Shown here: positions 33,601 to 43,735 of the stretch, one piece after another
Numbering within the stretch: the first letter of the stretch is position 1
Layout: each line of letters starts with the position of its first letter
From: Thecamonas trahens ATCC 50062
Lineage: Eukaryota; Protista; Apusomonadida
Assembly (NCBI RefSeq): GCF_000142905.1
Contig: NW_013657663.1
Location: 62,001 to 126,000 of the forward strand
Direction: 5' to 3'
DNA: 64,000 nucleotides
Notes under the pieces: model-generated
The model's input: only the letters and a program-made list of their open reading frames with translations
What the model was told of the DNA's origin: nothing
The model's database searches: none
Translations under genes and position numbers: made by a program

Positions 33601-34831
33601 GCTCGGAACGCTGGGCACTGCCACAAGCTCAGCCACTACACCGCTCGCCACCACCTCGGACATGTCGGCTTCGGATGCAGGCTTGCCGGGCCATGGCGCC
33701 TCAGTCCGGATCCCAATGGCCGTCCTCATCGCTGGCAACTTGTGGGCTACGGTTGGCGATGCGCTCGGTATGCACGGCTTTGTACCGGCCCCTCGCCTGA
33801 TGGAAGGCCCGGCGTCGCGATTGATGTGCGTTGCCAACGCCACTTCCAGTGGTCGGTGGATGATGTACGGCGCCTCGCCAGCGAGCTCGCCGTTTGAGCA
33901 CATCTGGTCGCGCCTTCTCGACCTGCTGCCCGGCGCTGGTCTCACCATGTTCCCGGTCCGCGACATCGACTCCGATGCCGCCATCGCTGCTGGCTCGGGC
34001 CGCCGCCTCGGCTCGGGTTCGTTCGGCCGAGTCCACTGTCTCGCTGCTGCTGCCTGTAATGGTCAGCCCATCGCCGTCAAGACCCTGCTCCAGCCGATGC
34101 TCACCCCCGACTCGCTCATCGACTTTGTGGCGGCGCTGTTCACAGTCGAGGCTGTCACCCGCAACGTCGGCGTCGCGGTTCCCATTCTTGGCATCTGCCC
34201 CGTCAATGGCTCACTTGCCATTGTCTCGCAATATCACTCCGGCCGCTCCCTCGCTACGGTGGCTATCGGTCAACTCGAGGCTCCTGAGCGCCGTGCAATC
34301 ATCCGCGCCATCTGCGTCGCAGTCCGCGACCTGCACCGCGCCGGCGTCGTCCACGGTGCCCTCAAGCCCGGCAATATTCACATCTCGCATGCCGACTCGG
34401 ACCCGGATCTCGACCAGCCGCAGAGCTCGACTCCAAGCACCTCGTCGTCGCCAAGCTGCACTGTCGTGCTCTCCGACATCGGCCTCTCCTCCATCAAGTC
34501 TTCCCTCAACACCATGACCCTTTCGCCAACCGTCGCCTACATGGCGCCCGAGCTCATCCAAGGTGACATTCCCACCTTTGCATCTGACATCTACGCTCTC
34601 ACCGTCCTCATCCTCGAGGTATGGGATCCGGCAACCGTCCGAGCCTCCCTCTCCGCAGCGCCCATGAAGCTCGCCATGCGTATCATGGACGCCAACGTTG
34701 TCAGTGCCACCCAGCTTGACATCGCCCTGCCGATCTGCCTTGCCCAGTTTCTCAATCAGTGTTTGGATGCCCAGCCCGAGACACGGCCATCAGCATCAGC
34801 GCTTGCCCACGCCATCCAGATGTGGATGTGA
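30602..34831 (+). CDS. Receptor-like TKL kinase: signal peptide - kelch propeller - EGF-like - TM - kinase - degenerate nucleotide cyclase - pseudokinase
   Basis: MLPYGYTALVILLALG signal; kelch GG...DLW repeats; CPNGCS..C..C.C..PDC; TM followed by RRRR; GRGAYG, VAVK, HRDLKSPN, DFG, WTAPE; second kinase fold with HGALKPGN and SDIG. Confidence 0.85.
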   Translation: MLPYGYTALVILLALGLFPNSTSGGVFTEVDPVGNSIPPRRDDASATAVDGVMYMMGGRTGSGTAGDLWRFDVEDSRWEEIPVVVQTPNGDPGAPIGAVEDHIMDAVGDDAFVVFHRSSLWMYNVTTAVFTGPYGPLSVDLKDAAGAVVVSPTSGSAAFLVFAGLDRSTSHVATTDRLFSFDLQSMVWSEVVNVSVVGAESGPVAREDAGMVGLADGRLYLYGGANDASEMLDDLWAFDPSTISWHFLGSASDNSSRAHDGLLWPVPVEDHSMARIGTNGLSFVILAGLQLYGRIYIYDASTKLWTYDPLATDPLKRAVGVDAALLHLSGTPAAPLALPSDRRESVVAAVSPTRVLLFGGEVIVNAERLNDLWQYSIDGECPNGCSRDATDGLSNLCGAYAICACANPSLDLEAMLAVNEDDISQLIRDAGYTWRDTFALAPDCEPRALAPQPPPPAPPVVDKQAIRAGPSVTSTLALGLGLGITLSLLFCIGVPFAVWCLRRRRTVVHHYSLEANASITINFDDLDFVRELGRGAYGVVQLAALGSDLVAVKELALRNSEADKLNQPDRLDIAAWRDIEVALPTSILIDFVNEASILLACRHTNITLLRGVSIAPPALISEYMSRGSLFSVLQSEAVTLNHSLIYSWAVGIASGLRFLHARGIAHRDLKSPNVLLSDGWAPKLADFGLSSFAREAQPSTCETSWGGSPSLPVLSDSDGSSRSAGVLNDDAPLGTLLWTAPEVLVGNASKPDPFYADIYSFGVVMWEMATRMPPYGVASDPVSTAFAVMRGSTALRTDLIPPQFSPEYRTIVSSCLSRRVDQRPSLDVISSVISRLFHPSRVIYPIPMLEPEGEVFTLTLSLPLVDGVLAVQHPGAIEKIKAFHAVVRDASRSSSAFLESWSLQSAILVCARISQLAKALLSIAQDLHEAWAALPSAPLVVVVAIESGAATVDGSDIRSPSATYAGPALVAAHALCDAMVDSHHAGLAATSSRVSASVSRLGTLGTATSSATTPLATTSDMSASDAGLPGHGASVRIPMAVLIAGNLWATVGDALGMHGFVPAPRLMEGPASRLMCVANATSSGRWMMYGASPASSPFEHIWSRLLDLLPGAGLTMFPVRDIDSDAAIAAGSGRRLGSGSFGRVHCLAAAACNGQPIAVKTLLQPMLTPDSLIDFVAALFTVEAVTRNVGVAVPILGICPVNGSLAIVSQYHSGRSLATVAIGQLEAPERRAIIRAICVAVRDLHRAGVVHGALKPGNIHISHADSDPDLDQPQSSTPSTSSSPSCTVVLSDIGLSSIKSSLNTMTLSPTVAYMAPELIQGDIPTFASDIYALTVLILEVWDPATVRASLSAAPMKLAMRIMDANVVSATQLDIALPICLAQFLNQCLDAQPETRPSASALAHAIQMWM

Positions 34832-35395
34832 GTGCTTCGGTGCGTCAAACCGTGCAAACCGTGCGTGGATGCTGGAGCATGACCTGAAGTGAAATGAAGC
34901 TCAAGGCAACGTCGTCAGAATCGATGATCGACCATTCCGTAAAGTCGCCACAGTCAAACCAACCAACTGCTTGTCTCACGCCTCGACCACGCCAGCACGA
35001 CCACACTCACTCCCCCCCTCTCCCGATCACGATGCTACCCGCCGTCACCGGATCATCCCATACCCCCACTTCCATTCCTCAACTCTCCGGCGCCGCCTCA
35101 TTCTCCTACCTCGACCGAAAGCGAGGGAGAAAACGTCGCACTCTCTTCTTCCCCCCCCCCACACATCCTCGATTTACCTTGGACGCGATCACACACGCAA
35201 AACACTACACCCATAAATACCCTAAGCCCATTACCCCACTTGACCGGTATACCCTGCTCTAGCACCTGTACTTGCGCGACAACGTCACAACCAGAACCAC
35301 GCACATGCCACCAAAAAAAAAAGTGGCCAGTCGCCTGTCTTGGCCGCACTGTGCAAATGACTCACTTCCCGCCACTTGGCGCGAGCGAACCGAAC

Positions 35396-36383
35396 ATGTC
35401 GTCACGACGACCGCGCCGACGGGACAGAGAGGCTGAGACAGATGCCTTTCTGGACGCTGAGCTAGCCAAGCTCATGGGAGAAGAGCCTGCCGCCACTACT
35501 TCTGCTGGTCGCCGGAGCCATGCCTCTGCCAAGCCCTCGCGCTCCTCCCGCCGACCACACCCTCCGCCTGCTCACCGAGACGGGGACAGACGCGGTGACC
35601 GGGGACGGACGCGGGACGGCGGCCGGGGGCAGGGTAGCGGCCGGGGACGGAGTGGTGGTCGAGGACGGAGCGGGGCTCGGACTCGGGCTCAGCCGCAAGG
35701 CAGAGGTGACGACGAGCTCGACGCCCTCATTGCGGCAGAGCTCGAGGGGCTGGGCGAGGCGCACGAGTCGGGCCGGGCCAAGGCTAAGGCCAAGGCCAAG
35801 GACAGGGCCAAGGCCAAGGCCAAAGACAAAGCGAAAGACAAGGCTAAGGACGGGGTGAGATTGCGAGAGTCGGACAAGGTTAGATCGCGGACTCATGAGC
35901 CGGGGGCCGACGAGCGCAGGCCGCGGGCCGACGAGCGCAGGCCGCGGGCCGACGAGCGCAGGCCGCGGGCCGACGAGCGCAGGCCGCGGGCCGACGATCA
36001 TCGCCGCGATCACACCAAAGTCGACAAGCGGAAGCGGGCAGAGGCCCAAGCACGGGCAGAGGCCCAGGCAAGGGCAGAGGCAGAGGCCATGGCCGCAGAG
36101 GCCGCAGAGGCCGAAGCCCGTGCCCAGGCCAAGGCTAAGGCCAAGGCCAAGGCCAAGGCCAAGGCCAAGGCCAAAGACAAAGCGAAAGACAACGACAAAG
36201 CGAAAGACAAAGCGAACGACAAGGGGCAAGGCAAGGACAAGGCTAACGAGCCATCTCCCCCTCGGCCGGAACCCGCCCCTCTCCCGGCTCCGTCCAACAC
36301 CTACCTCGACGACGACGACTGGGAAGACGACGATGCTGATGACGAGGTGGCGCGGTTTCAGCGCGAGCACGACGAGTCTCAAA

Positions 36384-36414
<31 letters not shown>

Positions 36415-38253
36415 CCTTGCCCAGTCGGCTGCCGGAGGCGGGGATTTTACGACGACGACTTTGAGGAGCTCTCATCAAGCTCGGATGAGAGGCAACAAGC
36501 GCCGTCCCACCCGGCCTCACACTCTGATCATGCAGGGCCGGGTGGACCGGAGGGATCGCCGCCGGCGTCCAACGCCTGGATCCATGAGCACGCGTTCTCG
36601 GTGGCGCGGACCAAGCCGACGACAGTAGCCGCGGCAATGCGAACCCGTCGTCGCGGCCAGGATCTCGCGCCGCTGGTTGGCCTCGACGTCGTCGTCATCA
36701 ATATGTTCGACATGGCTCCGCTCTCCGAGTACGAGTTGTACATGCAGCAGGTCGGCCGGGAGGACACCCGCCAGGTGGCGGTCCAGGTCTCGGGCGCCGA
36801 GCTGATGGAGAGCCGCGAGGTCCAGACTGACGACGTTGAGCAGAGGTCGGTGGCAATCCAGGCACCGCAAGGCCTAGCGTCCGGTCCGGTCCGCTCTGAC
36901 ACTCACCGCGCCACGTTTGACCGCGTCCGCCTTGCCGCCTTCCTGCAGGGCGTCGCCGCGCCGGTCTGCCAAATACTGGCCGACAACGCGCGGGCGCGGC
37001 TCACCACGGCGCTCGACGCCAGCCCATCGGACGTCCCACTCTGCTCGTCGATGGTCGCGCTTGGGAGCAGGGCGGACGCGGTGGTGGCCGTCGCCTTTGC
37101 TCAAGCGCAGGCCCACCTTGTCGCCGTTGCCTACACCAGCGGTGGTGTTTGTGTATTTGACGCCAACGCTCCGGCGTCGCCGCTGCACACACTCGACACT
37201 GGCGGCCTCGCTGTGACGTCATTTGCCTTTTCTTCGCTCCGCGCCGACGTCCTCGTCGCCGGCTTTGATGACGGCAGCCTTGCCGCGTGGGATCTTCGCG
37301 AGTCGGCGAGCCTTCACGCTCAGCACGCTGCGCAAACGCGCAAGGCCGCCTTTCCCAGCCCGGAACTCGTCCCGCGCCCCCGCTCTTGCACCGCAAGCCT
37401 CATGGTCACTCCCGACTATCCGCATACCCGTGGCGGCATCGTCGGCACCACCACATTCCATTCGGCCGGAACCCAGATGGCGGTCTCACTCGACGCGTCG
37501 GGTGTGGTGGCAACGTGGACGCTGACCGGGAGCGGGCCGACCCGCCGCGCGCTGGGCGCCGGCTCGCGCACCGCACTTGGTCGGGCCGTCTTTGCTGGCC
37601 TCGAATTCAAGCACCTCGCGTCGTTTGCGGCGGTCGGCGGCGCTACCGCGACCCGCCTCTCCGCCACCTCGCTCTGCACTGCCGCAGACTCGGGCGACGC
37701 ACTCCTGCTCGGTCTCTCCGATGGCCGCATCCTGCACAAACGCCGCGGCGGCTCCGGTGCCGCACTCTGCCCACCATCTTACGGCGCTGCCGGCTCTGCA
37801 GCCGTGACTGTCGTCACCCGCTCCATCGGCACGCCGACGCTCGTCGCTGCAGGCACTGCCAGCGGCAGGCTACTAGTCTTTGCGCCCGCGCTTGCCGACC
37901 CGGTCCTCACACTTAATCTCTCGCCGAGCTCGGCGGCTGTCGTCGACATCACTTGGTCGCCGGCCCGCCCCTCGCTATTTTTTGCCACCGCTGCCTGCGG
38001 CACCCTCGCCGCCTTTGACCTCCTCGCTTCACTCACTGGGCCGATCCACACTGCTTCGCTCTCTTCTGCGCATCTCGCCCACTCGCACTCGCGCACCCCT
38101 ACCCTTCTCCTCGCGCGGGACACCGCTGCCGCCACTGCTTCGACCACCCTCGAGCTGCACATCCTCGATGCCTGGGCCATGGCCTGGACCCGTTCTGACG
38201 AGGATGCCTGGATTCATCTCGCCGACCATCTGGTCCAGTCCCTTCATGGCTGA
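35396..38253 (+). CDS. DYNC2I1: Cytoplasmic dynein-2 intermediate chain WDR60/FAP163; split by a 1-nt frameshift
   Basis: Charged N-terminus, YDDDFEE, FDMAPLSEYELYMQQVG...VQTDDVE...IQAP (cf. LDLPPVNEYDMYIRNFG...IQTEEIE), WD40s (GFDDGSLAAWDLRE, WSPARPSLFF). One extra base at 36440-36448 fuses ORFs 35240-36628 and 36601-38253. Confidence 0.8.
35906..35997. repeat. 21-bp coding tandem repeat x4 (ADERRPR)
   Basis: (GCCGACGAGCGCAGGCCGCGG)4 plus a partial copy. Confidence 0.95.
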
Positions 38254-38384
38254 TCAGCCCCAACCCTCTCCCAACACAACACCACGCCACGCCACCTAAA
38301 TCACCTTTGTAACCTCCACAAAGTCGCCAAACCACCCCACCCCACCCCCCCCCCCCCCCCCCCACCCCCTCACCCCTATCCGTC

Positions 38385-41354
38385 ATGGACGAGGAGGGCC
38401 TTGCCCTCCGTGCTGCCCATGCTCTCCGGGAGAACGCGGTGCTACACCATGGCAAGCCCGCCCCGACCCCGAGCCTCGGCCGCAACCACAGCTACGACGG
38501 GAGCCATGGACCAGACCACAGGCATGCCCACGGCTCGGACGAGTTGCACTCGCGCCACTCGGCTCTCTCGTCATCGTCGTCAGACGGCTCCTTCCTTCGC
38601 CCGCGTCACTCGTACTCGTCATCCTTTGGGAGCTCGGCCAATGAGGCCGGCTCGACTACCTCGGCTGATACCTCGGTCCTTGCTGCCGATGTCGGCATTC
38701 TGGGCGAGTCGCGCATGGAGACTGCCGCCCGCCAAGAGTCGGCTGCTGCTGCTGCTGCTGCTGCTGCGACTGCTGATGCTGGAACTGGTCGGGGCCGCTC
38801 GTCATCGTCGGCGGCCCCTGCCTTTGATGCGATTCTTCCGCCTCGGACGCCATCGCGCACGCCATCGGCCGGCTTCGCCCGCCGCTCGCCCGCACTTCCG
38901 GCGCTCCCGCTTCTCTCGGCGCGCAACTCGCCATCGCCGACCCGCGCGCTTCCGCCTATCACTCCGCCGCTGCAGGCCGAGGGGGCGAGCCCGGAAGGCT
39001 CGAGCAGAGTGTCGGACGACGACGACGGCGAGATCGACGGGGAAGACAATAAGGAAGTCGTGTTTGAGATGGAGGCCGGAACACGGCCAGCGAGCGGGAC
39101 GGCGCTGCATCCGCGCGATGGCAAAATCCGGGCCTGGCTCTACTGCGTCTTTCTCGCCATTGTGTACAACGCACTCTCTGTCCCGTTCCTCATTGCCATG
39201 ACCGACCGGTACTCGGCTCGGATCTGGACCTGGATCGTGGCCAATGTCCTCGCTGACCTTGTGTATCTGGCGGATATTGTGGTCCATGCGTACTTTGTCG
39301 GATACTACAACGAGGGCTTCCTCGAGCTCGAGCGCGGGACCGTGGCGCGGCACTACTTTAGCGGCCAGTTTCGACTCGACGTTCTTGCGCTCCTCCCGCT
39401 TGACTACGTCCTGCTTGCCGCATCGCTGCCGGACCTGGCCATTGTGCTGCGGCTGCTGCGGCTGCTGCGGCTCACGCGGGTCGGGCCTATGTTCTCGACC
39501 TGGGAGTTCAACTCGTCCAAGCCGACGGTCTTCCGGCTCGGCCGGCTGCTCTGCGTCCTCGCCTTTGCCGTCCATCTTGTTGCGTGCTCTTTCCTTTGGC
39601 TCATGCGGCTCGAACGCCACGAGTACCTCTCACTCGACGACGAGTTTCTCCTCTTTACCAATTTTCGCAACTTTGGCCCGATCACCTCGTACACCCACGC
39701 CGTGTACTGGGCCTTCACCCTCATGTCTGGCCTCGGCGTCGACCACTCGCTGCCGTCGACCACCGCCGAGATGGCCTTTACGCTCGCGTGCATCGTCGTC
39801 GGCCTTTTTCTCCTTGCGCTCATTGTCTCGTTCATTTCCGAGATTGTCCACGCTCGGACCTCGCACCAGCGGTCGTTCCAGAAGAAGCTCGACGCTATCA
39901 ACGCGTACATGGCGTTGCGCTCGGTCCGCAAAGACTTGCAGGACCGCATCCGCGCATACTATGAGGTGCTTTGGATGCGTGGCGCCGGCATCGACGACCT
40001 CTCGGTCCTGCGCTCGCTTCCATCGCACTTGCGGACCCAGCTGACGCTCTCGCTCAACGAATCCATTGTCCGGGCGGTGCCCTTCTTTGCCACTTGCCAG
40101 CCGGGCTTTATCCGCGCCCTTGTTCCGCGCCTTGTTCCGGAACTCTTCACCGATGGCGACATTATTGTCCGCGAGGGCGACGTCGGCCGCTCGATGTACT
40201 TTGTCCAGCGCGGAACGGTGGCCATCGAGCTGCCGGACGGCTCACGGTGCGCCCAAAAGGGCCAGGGCGAGTTCTTTGGCGAAATCGCACTCCTGCTCCC
40301 GCTCCGCCGCACCGCCACCGTCGTCGCCCTCACCACCGTCTCGGTTTTTCGCCTCAACAAGGCCGACGTCGACGAGGTCCTCAAGCACTACCCAGAGCAG
40401 GCTGAAATGCTCAAGGCGGTTGCCTACGAGAGACTCGCTCGCGGCCACGCCGCTATGTCCAGGCGCCGCCTCGCGCTCTCGGCTGCGTCGGCCTTTTCCG
40501 CCGCCGGCCAGGCTTATCGCGCTCGCTACGGGCAGCAGCCCGGCAGCGGCGGCAGCGGCGGTGACTCGCCAGCCAGCCCGAGCTCGCCAGGTGACTCGGA
40601 GGCCTCGGCCCCGTCGCCGGTGCCCATGCGCCCGGGCCCGGTCCGCGAGACCTCGGTCCGCTCGTTTGCCTCGGACATGAGCGAGACGTCGTCGACCTCC
40701 ATTCGCGACCGAAAGGCCAACGTCAGCTCGGTCCAGTCGTCGGTCACCATCTCGCTTCCGCTGCTCAAGGCGGCCCAGGCTGCCAAGCGAGCCGCCGCCG
40801 TCTCGGCCGCCGCCGCCACCACCGGCGCCGACCCGTCGCCGCGCCTTGCGTCGGCGGCGTTGGCGGCGTCGCTGACCGGGTCGTCAGGACCCAATGGTCT
40901 CAACGCCACAGCGCCGGCCCTCGCCCATATAGCGTCGTTGCCGACCTCGCCGACGTCGACGAGCGAAGCGAGTCGGGCCTTGCGCTCCACCCTCACTCAC
41001 TCATCGTCTGACGTTCGCATGGTCACCTCGGGCTCGATGGAGTCGGTTGCTGCCGTCCTCACCGACACCTCGGCAACAACTGTAGTCCGCGCGCTGGTCG
41101 GCATGCCAGGCGGCTCGCTTGTCAGCTCGGCATCACTCGAGGAGTTTACCTCTGCCGAGCTCGTTGTTCTCATGCAGCGGTGCACCGAGCTGCAGGCCGC
41201 GGCACAGGCTGTGCTCCTCGAGCATCCTGCAGTGGCCGGTTCAACTGATCAGGCGACACCGCCGCTGGGCGAGTCGGACCAGGAGCTCATTGTGCGGCGG
41301 CACAAGGCGCGCCGGGTAATGAGCGCCGTATTTGCCGCCCAGCCGCGGCGGTAA
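38385..41354 (+). CDS. Cyclic nucleotide-gated/CNBD-family ion channel
   Basis: 6TM with S4 RLLRLLRLTRV, pore YWAFTLMSGLG, C-linker (LQDRIRAYYE, LPSHLR), CNBD FFGEIALL..RRTATV. Confidence 0.9.
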   Translation: MDEEGLALRAAHALRENAVLHHGKPAPTPSLGRNHSYDGSHGPDHRHAHGSDELHSRHSALSSSSSDGSFLRPRHSYSSSFGSSANEAGSTTSADTSVLAADVGILGESRMETAARQESAAAAAAAAATADAGTGRGRSSSSAAPAFDAILPPRTPSRTPSAGFARRSPALPALPLLSARNSPSPTRALPPITPPLQAEGASPEGSSRVSDDDDGEIDGEDNKEVVFEMEAGTRPASGTALHPRDGKIRAWLYCVFLAIVYNALSVPFLIAMTDRYSARIWTWIVANVLADLVYLADIVVHAYFVGYYNEGFLELERGTVARHYFSGQFRLDVLALLPLDYVLLAASLPDLAIVLRLLRLLRLTRVGPMFSTWEFNSSKPTVFRLGRLLCVLAFAVHLVACSFLWLMRLERHEYLSLDDEFLLFTNFRNFGPITSYTHAVYWAFTLMSGLGVDHSLPSTTAEMAFTLACIVVGLFLLALIVSFISEIVHARTSHQRSFQKKLDAINAYMALRSVRKDLQDRIRAYYEVLWMRGAGIDDLSVLRSLPSHLRTQLTLSLNESIVRAVPFFATCQPGFIRALVPRLVPELFTDGDIIVREGDVGRSMYFVQRGTVAIELPDGSRCAQKGQGEFFGEIALLLPLRRTATVVALTTVSVFRLNKADVDEVLKHYPEQAEMLKAVAYERLARGHAAMSRRRLALSAASAFSAAGQAYRARYGQQPGSGGSGGDSPASPSSPGDSEASAPSPVPMRPGPVRETSVRSFASDMSETSSTSIRDRKANVSSVQSSVTISLPLLKAAQAAKRAAAVSAAAATTGADPSPRLASAALAASLTGSSGPNGLNATAPALAHIASLPTSPTSTSEASRALRSTLTHSSSDVRMVTSGSMESVAAVLTDTSATTVVRALVGMPGGSLVSSASLEEFTSAELVVLMQRCTELQAAAQAVLLEHPAVAGSTDQATPPLGESDQELIVRRHKARRVMSAVFAAQPRR

Positions 41355-41368
41355 GCTCGCGCCAGAGG

Positions 41369-43032
41369 TTAACAGAAGAGCTTGGCCTCGGCGTGGCCCG
41401 GATGCTGCAGGGCGCGGCCCCAGTGGTAGCACCACGGCGTGCCGTCGACCGAGATGTACGGCGGTAAGCGGCCGACGTTAGCGGCAACGAGATTGAGGAC
41501 GATGCGTGCGAGGTTCGACGCAAACGAACCGATGACATACCCGCCGTGCACGAGGTGGTCGAGGTCGGCCAAGACCCGCAGCCCTTCCTCGGTCCGGTTA
41601 AATCGCGCATCCTGCAGCTTGAACTCGATGTCTTGGTGGAAGCCGCTCTTGCCGAGCTCTGTGTATGCTTCGCGGCTCATGTCCTGGTAGACAAAGAGCC
41701 ATCCCGAGCCAGCGACAGCGTAGCGATCAGCAATGTCGCGGATGATGGCTGCCGAGTCGGTGGCGAGCCGGATGGTGGAGACGCCGTACGCGGCCTTCAT
41801 CGCCTCGGCCGCCTCCATATACGTCGACAGCGGGAGGCAGTGTCGGAAGCGGCGGACGTCCTTGCACGAATCGCCGTGTCGGATGTGCATGGCAATGGCG
41901 CGGTGCGAGGGCCGGTAGCCGGCGGCGAGGACCGGGTCGCCGACAACCACAAATCTGATCCGCGCCCGCGCGTCGGCCAGCATCGCCTCCTGCGGCGCCC
42001 ACAGATATGAGAGGAGTATGGTCTGCATCCAGAACACACCCTTGCTGGCGTCGGCGTAGCGAGGCGGGACAAAGTGCGGGCGGGTAACGCCTGACACCTC
42101 GTGCCGGCGCAGCTCGACGTTGCTGATCGGATCGCCAAAGGCCATGATGTGCGGCGAGGGCCAGGCCCAGCCACGCGGACGGACGCACTTGCCACGAATG
42201 GGGAGCTTGATGAAGCAGGTAAAGTCGGCGGCGGGACAGTCAGCGCGCTCAGCATAAGGAAACTTGTTCTTGACCTCGTAGCTGGGCATGATGGCGAGGC
42301 CGTGGCACTCGGTGAGTGCGTGAAGCAGCGGGCTGGTGAAGAACTGCAGGTTAGAGCCGAACCCGTTGTTGGGCGTCTCGTATACATGGACAACCTCGTC
42401 GCAGGCGCTCAGGCATTGCTCAAGCCGCTCGACGAGATGCACCACATGGGCATCGGCAGCAGGATGGAAGATGTCTAGCGGCGAGAACGGCCTCGCTCGG
42501 CCCCGCGCCCCGGCGGAGGCGGCCACAAGGTCTGGGCCCCATCCGACGCCGACCTCGGCCGGATCCAGTACGTCTACAGCCTGCGGCAGGTATTGTGTCT
42601 CCTGGAACACGTCGTGGGTACAGCGATGGCCAAAAAGTCCGGACCGCAGCGACAGGCACGCGAGGCCGGGATCATCTCGCCCTGCAGCGAGCACTGCGGC
42701 GATCGGCGCGGGAGCGTGTCGACGGGCGGAGCGAGAGCCCAGGAGACGAGCGAGGGCACATCATGAAAGTCAATCCATCTCGCAAGAGCCCCTGGAAGTG
42801 GCGAGTCGGGCACCACCAGTGATGCCGGCTGAACCCGCGCCCGCTCGTGCGGCGGCACAAACATAGCCGACCGGACGGCGTGATGGTGCATGTGAAGGGC
42901 GAGGAGGAGCCAGACCATGGTTCCGGCCAGCAAGCATACTCTCCAGCACCACTCCCTCCAGCTACATCTCCAGTTCCACACCTGCAGCCGCCTGCGCCAT
43001 GTCTTGTTGGTCTCCCGCCCCTTCTTGCCCAT
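41369..43032 (-). CDS. Alpha-1,6-fucosyltransferase-like (GT23, FUT8/NodZ type), type II membrane; split by a 1-nt frameshift
   Basis: GFGSNLQ, MHIRHGD, IRLATDS, DLDHL...IGSFASNLAR..L...SVD motifs. The N-terminal basic+TM segment (MGKKGRE...VCLLAGTMVWLLLAL) joins with one extra C near 42710-42712. Confidence 0.75.
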
Positions 43033-43570
43033 GCCAAGCACCTCCCACCGAGTGCTGTGGTGCGTAACCAGCTCGCGTCCGTCCGTCCGTCCGTCCGCCC
43101 GTATCGCGCCCCATCGGCCGATGCCGACATCGATGTCGATGTCGATGTCGACGATGCCCAATCCAAGTCACAACAAAGCTATCTTGCATTGTTTGCTCTC
43201 TTTGCTCTGCCGTCAGAGTGAGAAGGAGAAGGAGAAGGAGAAGCGAAGGTTCCGAGTCGGAACGAGCCGACCTCCCTCCTCCCCTCCCCCCCCCCCCCCC
43301 CCCTCGGGCCAATGCAATGCCGGGCGATGTGATGTGATGCCGATATGATGTGGTGTGGTGTGGTGTGGCGTGGTGTGATGTGGTGTGTGATATGTGATGC
43401 CGGGCATGGCGGGATCTTTGGCTGGGGAGGGGAGGATATGGGGGTGTGGGGGGTGGGTGTGTGGGGGTGTGTGTGGGGGTGGGGGCGAGTGTGTATTGAG
43501 AGTGAGAGTGAGTATGAGCAATCGTCGGGAGGGACGACCACCACTCTTGCTCAATCGACACTTGGCCAAC

Positions 43571-43703
43571 ATGTCGAACATGATGGTACGTACCCTCCCC
43601 CCCCCCCCCGTGAGTGACGACATACCCACTCTTTGTGGTATGGCTAGAGAGTGATGATGATGGTGGTGCTTGTGGTGGTGGTGATGGTTGCAATGGTGGT
43701 GGC

Positions 43704-43735
<32 letters not shown>

